From Amoebophrya sp. A120 (taxonomy: Eukaryota > Protista > Dinoflagellata): a DNA stretch of 64,000 nt. The stretch spans positions 10,524,709 to 10,588,708 of the forward strand of contig CAJINV010000002.1 in the NCBI GenBank assembly GCA_905178155.1, given 5' to 3'. Positions 24,335-34,628 of the stretch are shown here, piece after piece (within the stretch, counting starts at the first letter, position 1; each line of letters begins with the position of its first letter). The notes below the pieces were generated by a model. That model was given only the letters and a program-made list of their open reading frames with translations. It had not been told where the DNA came from and did not search any database. A program made the translations under genes and the position numbers.

Positions 24335-25385
24335 CAGAATCCACGGCTTGCGCCTCTGGCTCACAGGCCAATGGTACTGCCCTTGTCGGTACAAAAGTCA
24401 GTCTGCGCAGGCTTGCGGTTTGCCAGACACCATTTCGCGCGAGCTTCAAACCGGGCAAGCTACTCTCTTCTTGAGTCGTCGAGCTTTCTGTGAGTACAAC
24501 ACTAAGGCAGGTTTACTGTGTTGGAAAAGCGAGGCACTCAACCTCGTTGTCTCGCGGGGCGGGACGAGCACTCGTGTCATCATGTCTCACTTGCGGCCAT
24601 ATGCAGCACGAACAGCCACTTCGACAAGAAGAGCCGCACGGGTACTGAGAAGAAAAGCGAAACAAAAGTGCTACAAGCGCGAGAAGAAATAAACAGAAAT
24701 AGGGTCCTGTCAGGGTAGTTCTAGTTGCAGTTTCACTCAAGATGACACACTCCTCACATGCGACCAGTGCAAACAAACAAAAAAAAAACGTCTTCTCGAG
24801 TGCGGCCAAGCGGAAAGCAAATCTCGATCGCAAACTTTATATCCTAGCTCTCTCAGCTTCCGATACTGATTGCGGCTGTAAGTACTCGCACTCAGGATAC
24901 GCTCAGAAGTGCCGGAACACGCTGTGCGGATCCCTTCACCTTGGCTCGAAATTGCGCTGCAGTATGTTGTTCGATAGTCCTGTGCGATCGCTTAACTCGC
25001 TATCGGATCCTTGTCTACATTTGAAACCGTAAGTTCGATATCTGCCTGAGCTGCCTGTTTTCTCTAAAATAAGTTCTAAAAATACCGAATGATCTGCCTG
25101 TTAAGATTTAGAAAAGAGTTCTGTGTCTGCCTGTTAACATGATAACTAAAAAAGCGCTGTGTAGACGAATAGTGAGTGAAACGAAGGCGCTGGACTATGT
25201 GCAAAACTTGAAAGTGTTTTTTTCCAAAATAAATCTGCAAAAGCTACATAATATGTGCGAGAATCATACACAGAAACCAGTAGATCTTGCTTGACAAACC
25301 GCGCAGTTTAGAATTCTCCATCGCTGATCTCAGACACCGACAGCTCCGCCGCTACGAGCTGCCCGGATCCCTCTCGCTGCGTCAA

Positions 25386-26497
25386 CTAGTACTCCTTGAA
25401 GCCACCGACATCCTGGCACCCGTCGTCGATCAGCTCCACCGTCTGGCCTGTTTTAGAATTAGGTGTAAGTGATTTTTCTATTATTTTTCGCATCGTGGAG
25501 GGAATCCACAATCAAATCTTCCGTTTCTCTTCTCATCTTCGTGTCGCGAAGGCAAATTCCAGAAGTCACAACCACTCGTGTCCTACTGTTAACAAAAAGA
25601 GCCACAAAAACATGTCCTTAATGCCCATGCGGGAAAAGCACTTGTTAAAATGCTGTACACAAAACTTCTTTGCCGCCCATTTTGTAGAGCAAGTTCATGA
25701 CTTCGTTGTACTTTCCGGGCACCGGCTCTCCCTCAGAATCCTTCTGGTGCAAAAAGTTTTTGATCAGGTACATTTGGAGCTTCTTCGGCGTGGACGTAAA
25801 CATTTTGTTGAAGGCGACGGACGGATCCTTGCATTGTTCCTGAAACGCGCGCCGCGCGGTCGTGCCAGAGTTCAACGGCGGAATCTCCCCGCAACCAGTA
25901 GCCCGCATGAAGCCGTACCAGCATTCCAGTGGTTCTTTGAAGGCCGTGGCTAGTTGGTTGCGGACACCTTGTTTTGGTTTTGTTTGCGATCTTCCAAAAG
26001 GAGATAGAGAGAAAAAAAATATATGTCGCAAAGGAAAAAAGAAACGGCTAGAATGTATGAAGGACTTCAAATCCAAAACCTGTTAACTCGACACGCAAGT
26101 CAACAACATCTCAGCCAACATCAAGGTACTTGGACAAGGTTATCTAACACAAATTTAAATTTTTGAGGCAAAGAGCCATCCAAGATTGAGCCTTATTTCT
26201 GCAGCCGCAGAACCAACGACCGACACATATTCTACCTCCTACATCTAAATTTACATGTCCTCCTTCGTTTTTTTACCGAAGCAAGTCTATTTTTTTACAA
26301 AAGTATGTACCACTGTGCTGAAACGCCTTGTGCAGCTGACTAACGTAAGCTTTCTGGGCATCTGGAATTTTGTTAGCCTTGCAAACGTCGGGGAAACTGT
26401 CGCCGTCGCCGAATCCAAAATCTGGGGTCTGTTTGTTCTGCACTCGCAGCGAAGAGGCAATGCCGACGCTAGAAACTAGCAAGAGGGACCGCATCAT
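25386..26497 (-). CDS. Small secreted Cys-containing hypothetical protein; exons 26497-26311, 25967-25659, 25447-25386
   Basis: Signal-like MMRSLLLVSSVGIASSL. GT-AG introns 26310-25968 and 25658-25448 give in-frame joins FQHS/GVRNQ and KEVLC/QTVEL...FKEY*. Confidence 0.6.
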
Positions 26498-27769
26498 GTG
26501 TCTATTTCCTAGTTTAAAGGCACTATTGCAGCCTCCTATCAAGTCGGAAGAAAATTTTGGTTTTGTCTTTGTCCACTTAGACTGACCAGTTGCCACCAAC
26601 AAGAGCAAAAAAGATGGCACACAAAGCCCAAAAAAGAACGAGGGAAAACTGTTTCCACGTGAAAAAAACTGATGGCCAGCAATCGACAAGCTCATACCAC
26701 TCGAGACAAATGGATCGATGACATTTTTCATTGTACTTTCAAAATCTCACTGATCGACAGATCTTCTGTGACTTAAGATTGATCTTCATTGAACACCGGG
26801 ACAAGGCGCTCTGGTGGGCATCCTCTCTTTCACCCAAGTCGACGCGCGCCACTGGTTTCTTTCGTTTTTGTGCTAGATGAGGGGCCAAACGCCATATCTA
26901 AAGGTTCTGTTGTGTTCAAAACGGGTACGCATCAAAGCGAAGAGGTCTTTGGTCTTTGCGCGAAGAAAGTGCCTCCGTGGCGGTGCCTCGAGTAAAAGGT
27001 ATTTTCGGACCACTCAAATCAAATTTAGATTTGAGTGGTCGATGGCTTTTTTGAAAAAAAGCGGAGGCATTTCTGCTTTTTCGTAAGTAGGAGTAGCTGC
27101 ACTGTCTTCACATCATAAAACGTCAAGAGCGGACGGAGGTAGTGTTTATCAGGTTTTTCGATTGCTTTCGTGCATTGGCGCACGTAATGGCGAAGCTGTG
27201 ACACGCCCGACTCTCTTACTAGTCAAAGTAAGCTAAACACTGATTTCTCGGACCCGGTATCTATACATCCCGTCAGCAAAAACCGCATACCGAGATTCAC
27301 ACCGTTTTCCGAAAAGCGTGCAGCGTCACAAACCTGCTGTCATGACCATGGCGAAAAAGTAATGGATAGATCTAGCTAATCATACATGCTTGCTCTGTCT
27401 CGGCAGAGATGTTTCATCTTGAAAGGTTCTGGGTAAAAAATTTCTCCTTGACAAGCCGCTGCGGTATCGGAGCCGTCCTATCATGCCCCCAGATCGATTG
27501 TCCACGTTCAGCAAAAAGCTGCTTACAGAACCGGCACATCAGTCGAACTCCCTCTTGACACTTCAGAGCAAGCGACTAGATGACGAACCGACTGTTTTCA
27601 TTGCTACAAGTTCCCCGACGTAAAGTTGCGGAGCTGCTTCTTCTGGCATTCGGTAGTATGCAGTCAGAAAACTGTTTGAAAGCATACTGCAATGCTTCTC
27701 CACCTTTCATAGACTGCAATCCACCTCGTGCACTATTTTTGCGCTCCCCGATGAACTTTCGCACAAACA

Positions 27770-29368
27770 TTACATGCATTCGTCCACGCGCGTCGCCTCC
27801 GGCCGCACCGCAGCAGCTGCTTTGAATCCCTCTCCTTCTCTGCCATTTGCCTCGTACACCATGGCAGCTGTCCGGATAACAAGCTCCAAGCAAATCTTTT
27901 CCGCAGGAGAAAACGCGAGCAGTTTGACGCGGCGGATCTGGTGAAGCAGGGAGCCGTTTTCTCCGCTCGCCGTCGCTCCCTCTGCCGCCGCCGCTGCAGC
28001 GACAGCACCAGCCGAGGACTCTTGTTCCAGGTCCTCCTCTCCTGCTGCGCCCTCTACAGCTTCAGATTTCGTGTGCTGTTCCGGCGTTCCGCTACCTGCC
28101 GCAGCCAAAAAGGACGTCGTGCTGGACCCCGCAGCAGGCTTGGCTGGTTCACCGACCTGCTCCTTCTGTCCCTGTTGAAAAGGAATCTCCTCGCCAACGG
28201 CAGCACCTCCTTCTTCTCTCGCCTCATCCGTGTCCTGCTGCCCCTCGTCCGGCTCCTCAACGACGCCATCTTCCGCGGATGCCGCAGCGTGGCCTGCCTC
28301 GGTTGTGGCCTCTGCATCGCCCCCCTGCGCCTCCGCTTCTTCCGGCTTGTTGCCCGAGCCCGCCTCGACGCGCTTCTTTTCCGCGTCCACCTCATAAATG
28401 AGCGCCGTGACCGCCTCCCACAAGATGTCGCCGGTTTCCTTGTGACCCTTGAAAATAGCGGCACCCAGCAGCGACACCCCGACGGTCTCGACCTCATTTG
28501 TGCCTCCCGCCGCCAGCAACGCCGCTCGGTACGCGTCGCCGACCAAATGCCGGTCGCTCTCCCATTTGAGCATCTTTTCCATGGCACCGAGGTGCTGCAT
28601 GTTTTGCATGTCCTTTTGGCTGAGCGCCACATGATCCGGCGTTTGTTTGTTGAATTCGTAGCGGTATTCCCCGATTCTTATAGGAAATGCATTGTTCCAA
28701 TCGGGAGCCACCGCTTCGATCAGGTACTTGACATTGAGGCTCCCCCATTTTTCTTGTCCATCTTGTAGGTCGGTAACATTCAGCGCCGTTGCGAAGCCCG
28801 GCGCGCACAATTTCCCGGCGAGGCGCAAATCCGTGCCCATGTCAGCGCTCTCGTCGTGGACCGCCTGTCCGCCCTGGTAACCACTGCGAATCTTTTTCCG
28901 CAGGCTTTCTAAGTTTTTCCCACCAGCTAACCTCCACGTAATAATTCCATTCAGGCCGGCGACCTTGTTTGGTGACTTCTCGTCATTGGGGTAATGCCAT
29001 ACGATATTCCCTTCCGCGTCCCTAGCCGCGCCGCCCATGTACGAGGCGCAGCCGTAGGCAGCCGCGTTTACGAGTGCGGCTTTGGCGGCCGGGCCGGCGC
29101 CTTTATTGAAGTCCGCAGGGCCGCGTTCAGGGCCGACAGGATACGTCGCCGCAGAGAGCGAAATGGTGTACGATTCCCCGGTGCTTGGCGTCGTGATGCT
29201 CCACGACACTGACGACTCGGGGCTGAGCAAGATCACACCGTCTTCGTGGTCCTGCCACGTACCTTTCACTTCACCAGCGGCACCAGCAGACTTCGAGACC
29301 TGCAGCGAATGCGCTCCCGGGATGGCACCCAGAGCGCTGAGGCCGACGAAGGCGAGGCCCAAACTCAT
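27770..29368 (-). CDS. Signal-peptide-bearing macrodomain (ADP-ribose-binding/hydrolase-like) protein
   Basis: Intronless 532-aa ORF. Signal MSLGLAFVGLSALGAIPGAHSL. Macro-like motifs ALVNAAA..GG, YLIEAVAPDW, AYRAALLAA, VGVSLLGAAIFKG, and last strand IRRVKLLAFS. Confidence 0.7.
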   Translation of the reverse strand: MSLGLAFVGLSALGAIPGAHSLQVSKSAGAAGEVKGTWQDHEDGVILLSPESSVSWSITTPSTGESYTISLSAATYPVGPERGPADFNKGAGPAAKAALVNAAAYGCASYMGGAARDAEGNIVWHYPNDEKSPNKVAGLNGIITWRLAGGKNLESLRKKIRSGYQGGQAVHDESADMGTDLRLAGKLCAPGFATALNVTDLQDGQEKWGSLNVKYLIEAVAPDWNNAFPIRIGEYRYEFNKQTPDHVALSQKDMQNMQHLGAMEKMLKWESDRHLVGDAYRAALLAAGGTNEVETVGVSLLGAAIFKGHKETGDILWEAVTALIYEVDAEKKRVEAGSGNKPEEAEAQGGDAEATTEAGHAAASAEDGVVEEPDEGQQDTDEAREEGGAAVGEEIPFQQGQKEQVGEPAKPAAGSSTTSFLAAAGSGTPEQHTKSEAVEGAAGEEDLEQESSAGAVAAAAAAEGATASGENGSLLHQIRRVKLLAFSPAEKICLELVIRTAAMVYEANGREGEGFKAAAAVRPEATRVDECM

Positions 29369-30539
29369 CTTCGAGCTGCAACGACTCGTCTTTCCGGTTT
29401 TGTGAAGGTGTTAAAAGATCACTTGTTATTTGTCGTTTTGGTTTTTATCTTGTATCTGTCGTCTGTGGGTGTACAGAAATTGGGGGGACAAAGTGAAAAA
29501 CTCGTGTGACAGACTTAGTTCGACTTCCAGACTGGCATTACAATCTAACAGCGATAATTGAGATTACAATCTAATAGGAAAACCGCTCCTACGCAAAACT
29601 ATTACACTGTTTCTTGAGATAGAACTCTACATCAAGACTGATTGGACAGGAGACAACAGAATCAGATGACTCGCACTCGTTGATGTCCTAGTACTAAGAA
29701 GTAGTTGCTAATCGGTCCAATGTTTGAGAAAAAATTTGGCGGTTACTTCTCTTCAGTATCGCGAGAAAGAAGTGATTTCGAGGGAAACGAATCACGGCTT
29801 CCGTAAAATGTAGCTGCGCACAATCAGTTGGGAATGGTTGCATGTAACCATTGATCATGTTTGCAAACTCCTCCTTCGGTGCTACCAGTTGCCATACAAA
29901 TTTTTATAAAACCAAGATCGCCTTTGTCTTTCGTCATTTCGATCTACATCATATAGAATAGCGAGCTGTTGGGATCCTCGCATTTCTGAGCCTTCTCTTT
30001 AAGCACATGGGTATCAGCGAGTACCGATGAATCTCGTTGAACTCTTCAGCGGATAACAGCACGTACCGACTTTTTAAAGCACCTCGTGTCATAGCCGAAT
30101 GTTTGAATTTTCCAGTGATCGAAAGTTTTCCCGCGTTGTTCGTCCAAAAACGAGTTCACATACCGACTCACTACCTGTTGCGCATGTGTCTGTACATACA
30201 TAGCTGCGCCGCGAAGTTCCGCTTCTTTTTGTGTATCTGCAACATGTACCAAGAGGTAGTACTGTACTGAGCTAGAAATTCAAGGAACAGGTTAATCGCG
30301 ATCATAAATCGCGTCCGAAGAGGAAGTCCGCATCTCGAAAGTGCACGATAGTCAACATGTATCAGGTTTTTCCATCCACCACGAGCGAGCCCACTACAAC
30401 AGGCAGCACATTTTATTCAGTACGTCATAGTTTTGACGCAACGATTCGAAGGACCTGCGAGACCACGATTACGATCACGACCTTAGGCTCGTATCAGATG
30501 AAAATCACAGATCGTGTAAACTTACAAATTTGGGTGGCT

Positions 30540-30615
30540 CACGCGACGAGGCCTCATGATGACCCTGACCATCACGTTGTTCACGAGACGAGGCCTCACG
30601 AGACGAGGCCTCACG
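30540..30615. repeat. Short 15-bp repeat CACGAGACGAGGCCT (two tandem copies plus one variant)
   Basis: Copies at 30582-30596 and 30597-30611. Variant CACGCGACGAGGCCT at 30540-30554. Confidence 0.7.
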
Positions 30616-31005
30616 TCGTTCAAATCGTTTCTTCCTACGCTGCTGAACTCTACGCCTGAACCTGAAGCTGAAGGTCCCCGTGATAGCATTACATTTTGCC
30701 AACACACTAGAGCCTGTTGATGTAACTGAAAACATGGTAGATCGACGTTGTAGCCTCACAGGATAGTCTGCTATCATTCACTGACTCACGCGCATAGAAG
30801 GAGCCATCTCCTGATGCTGGTGCTGCGACTTTGCACTGCACCACAAACATCGTCAATCGAATTCGGATCGTCGACGCATGTTTCTTGCTCTTGCAGCTGC
30901 TCTTCTCCCAAAAATTTATTGCGCGAGATTAAAACATAAGATTGGCAACATCTTCTTGATCTTCTACTAAACTCCTCACATCCACCATAATTGTGTGGCG
31001 CACTA

Positions 31006-32493
31006 CTACTCGTCGTTTGACACAGGCGTGGGACTGGGGTTGACGGTATCGTCCCCGGTGATTCCAAGCGCCTCGCACGCTTCCGCCCGACTTCCCACCA
31101 GCTCGGTCGCCCGGGTGAGCACCTTCTCTTGCTTGGCGGGCTCGAAATCCGCCTTGTACTCCAGCAGTTTGGAGACCACGAGTTTGAGAGCGGTCATCGG
31201 CTCGGGAAGAACTTTGATGTACTTCTTACACTGCGGCCACCACTGCCCGAACCCCCACCCGACGCGGGACCAGCCGAAGTCGCCCTTCTGCGTCGGGTAG
31301 ATGAACACCAACAGGTGCGACAAGAGCAGCGTGACGTCCTTCCCGTTCACGATCTCCTTCCCCTCCTCTGCCGAGAACTTCGCGATGCTGTCCTCCATGC
31401 ACTTGGGCGAGATCTCCTTCTCCTTCACCAAGTGCGCCAGGATGTCCGCCAGCTCCTCCTCGTCCTTTTCGGCGGAGATCTTCTGCACCAGCGCCACCGT
31501 GGCGGCGACGACCTGCTCGGGCGTTTTCAGGTTGCAGTGGGACCAGACCTGGAACCAGTCCTTCAACTTCTTGGCCAGCCGCAAGGTCTCGGAGAACACC
31601 TCCGCAAACCGGGTTTCCTCCAGTTTTCCCTCCGCCGTGATCACGGGGGACTCCCCCAGGCTGTGGATCAGGTCCTGGAACTGCTGCTCCTCCTCCGGGG
31701 CTCGCCGCTCGGCCTTCGCGCGCTGGAACACCTTCTCGTCCTTGGCCTCCTTGTCCGCAGCGTCCTGCAGGTTGTTCAATGGGTAGAACGACCCGCTCAG
31801 GTTCGGCTTGTCCCCCTTGTCGTCCGCAAGTATCAACCCCGTCGCTGCCGCCGCGGCGGTGTTGCTCACGCTTGCGTTAACATTTGGATAGCTGTTGTTT
31901 GTTGATGCTCCTCCTGTAGTTGTAGTTGTGGTTGCAGCAGCAGTAGCAGCAGCAGCGCTCCCTGAAGATGTCGTTGCACTATTTGGTACCGCATGATTGT
32001 TGATGTTGGCAAAGGCAGAAGCGGGCTGGCTTTGGTTGTTTACGTCGCTGCTTTTCTTGAGCGCCTTTACCTGCTCCACGCCCCGCTTGACGTGCTGCAG
32101 GAAGTAGTTCAGGTCGCTCATCTTGAACTCCGCAAGGGTAGTGGCGGCAAACGCCTTCAGGACGTGTTTTCTCTCTTCCGTGGTGAGGGCCTTGCTTCCG
32201 TTTCGTGCAGTAACCTGATCCGAGAGCTTGGCTCGAAACACCTCGGCAAGCTGCGGATCGGGGTCGATCACGGCCCCGCTGCTACTCGTCAGGATCGGTT
32301 TCTTGGCGGCCGGAAAGAGGGATGGATCAGGAAACCCCGCGGGCCTCTTGTTCGACATCATGCTGTGATTGTTCACGACCATACCTCGCCCATTCGCGCT
32401 CGCGATCGCATCAAAGCCGATCGCATTAGCCGACACACCACTTGGCCGGTGAAAATGGTCCGCACGGTCCGCCATGACGAAAATGGTGCTCAA
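31006..32493 (-). CDS. Hypothetical protein (495 aa) with low-complexity middle and helical (possibly MA3/HEAT-like) C-terminus
   Basis: Long intronless ORF with strong GC3 bias. The domain call is only a resemblance. Confidence 0.75.
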   Translation of the reverse strand: MSTIFVMADRADHFHRPSGVSANAIGFDAIASANGRGMVVNNHSMMSNKRPAGFPDPSLFPAAKKPILTSSSGAVIDPDPQLAEVFRAKLSDQVTARNGSKALTTEERKHVLKAFAATTLAEFKMSDLNYFLQHVKRGVEQVKALKKSSDVNNQSQPASAFANINNHAVPNSATTSSGSAAAATAAATTTTTTGGASTNNSYPNVNASVSNTAAAAATGLILADDKGDKPNLSGSFYPLNNLQDAADKEAKDEKVFQRAKAERRAPEEEQQFQDLIHSLGESPVITAEGKLEETRFAEVFSETLRLAKKLKDWFQVWSHCNLKTPEQVVAATVALVQKISAEKDEEELADILAHLVKEKEISPKCMEDSIAKFSAEEGKEIVNGKDVTLLLSHLLVFIYPTQKGDFGWSRVGWGFGQWWPQCKKYIKVLPEPMTALKLVVSKLLEYKADFEPAKQEKVLTRATELVGSRAEACEALGITGDDTVNPSPTPVSNDE

Positions 32494-34628
32494 GAACCTC
32501 TCGCAGCCTTTGCTTCGTGGAAAGATCCACTCTCCGGCTTCTGCTCTAGTGCGATGGAAAGCTCTTCGTTGCGCGAAGCACGAGGCTACGGTTCTTGGTT
32601 TCGTGTTCTAGCAAATAAACACAGTGCAAGTTGTGATGGTCTTCCTTTCAGAAATCTTCTTGTTTCATCTCATTCCTCAAACGGCGCTTCAAATTTCGCT
32701 GCGGCTTCGAGGGTCATGGTATAGCTTTAAGTACTTACTCGATCCACTAATACAGATTTTGCAATCAAGAAGATCAATGACGCCCTGACTTTTCGTGTTT
32801 GAATTCGATTCACTTGCTTTACATTTATCGACGCCGAGGTACCGTTTGCAAGAAAGTCAAAGTGACAAAGTCGACAAAGAGGTAGCTATCTATGTATAGC
32901 AATCAATACAATGCACGTAAATTATCTTTATTCTGCGCCTTTGTTCTTTGTCCCTGCGTCTTCTGTCGTCCAGGGATGTGCTTAGTACATTCGCTCAAAA
33001 AAAGTCTTTTGTGTCCTGTCCCGCCCAAGTGAAAAATGAATTTTGCTGATGTTTGCATCTATTTCTGGATCCTTGACTGCTTTTCGTACGACGAGGAAGA
33101 GGAACAGCAAGTAAACTTCTCTTCGCATTACGATGCAAATGCAATGACTGAGCCTAACAACGTAACCTTGCACCACCGTTGTAGCAGCAAGTGATATATG
33201 GGAATCACCTACCACGCAAAAGCGAAGAAGCAACGAGATTTGATTTTGGCCTTGCGCGAGGATCTAGATTTTAATTTCTTACGTGAAAATTTGAGGGTAA
33301 TTTGGAGTTCCAAGTTTTTCATTTTTTTGGAATCGCGTGTCTGTGCATTTCCTTAGAGCTGTGTGTCCGTGCACAGCTCTACCGAAACTTGCAAGATCTG
33401 GCGTACGTAATTTCGATTTGGAAGATCTTTTCCTCAGCCGTGTTACAGCGTCGCAACCATGAAGGCACCTCAAGTCTACTACGTAGGGAGGTGCACTTCA
33501 TCCGCTGCAGCAGTGTCACGCCTCAATTCCTTTAACGAAGTTCCTTCACGACACGCAGCGTTACGTCGGTAGGCTTAGGTTTTCGCAGGACGAGGAACCC
33601 ATACGATGGACATGGTGTCGCTTACGTACTCGCTACTAAAAATATGCGACAACGATCATGTAGCTACATCTTCAACTGCCTCCATTAATTCACGATGAAA
33701 GGATTTCATGCTTTGGCTGCTAACGAATGTGAACGAAAAGGCACGAGTACGAGCATGAGGAAAACAAACGAGACTATGTGAGATAACAAGCTGTACCAAA
33801 ATGCCGGCTCAATAAGCAGATTTACGATTGGGGCAACGGTCACAAAGAATCATCTGGTGGAACAATGAAGGTGCGGCGCACTTCAGAAACGAATCTGAGG
33901 GTGGAACCATCGAGCCAAAGCTTTTGAAGAGGACCTGCTGCGAGAGCCTTTTCACACGGAGGGACGAATGCACGTGTACTTCACCAGAGCTCCTCATGTA
34001 GTCGTATTGCAGAACTTATGTTTGCTCAACTAGCGGCCTGCACGTCATTTGCGTTGTGTCCTTCAACTGTTCTGCGATACCTTCAACTACAACTTCACGC
34101 AGCAGTATACATAATAAAATATCGTTCTCGTTCTCCTTCTATGCAATTGCAGAAGGCAACCTGCTCGGTGGATGCGCCCCGGCTCCAGTTGTCTGAGAGT
34201 GAGACTGAAGAGACGAACGAATAATAAATCCCTAGCCCGACTCAAAAAGGTGACTTGTGTCATGATGTAAGTACATCAGCACATGTGCGACTACAAAAAC
34301 AACTTCACAAAATGCTCAACGAGGTCACGTGAAGCCGCCGCAGCCGATGTCAATACTGTATTCTTTCACTCGACTCACTGACACTGAAATGCTGCGCCCA
34401 CAATAAAACATTGACTCGAGGGAGTGTATTGAACAAATAGCCCACTAGAAAGATATCTGGATAAGTAAGTAAGTTTTCTTCACTCGAGAAGCAAGATGGT
34501 CCACAACGGATAAAAAAGATCAAACCACATTCATTGCCGGTAGCACAGCGAACCGCGTACCACAACAGAATAACAACGCTAGATTCTTTCTTCAAGCAAA
34601 TTACCCCCTCGTGTCTCAAGACCTTGCC

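Noticed and set aside
25040-25140. Repeated TCTGCCTGTTAA motif; similarly ATTACAATCTAA twice near 29537-29573
   Set aside because: Too short and too few copies to assign a function; not CRISPR-like.
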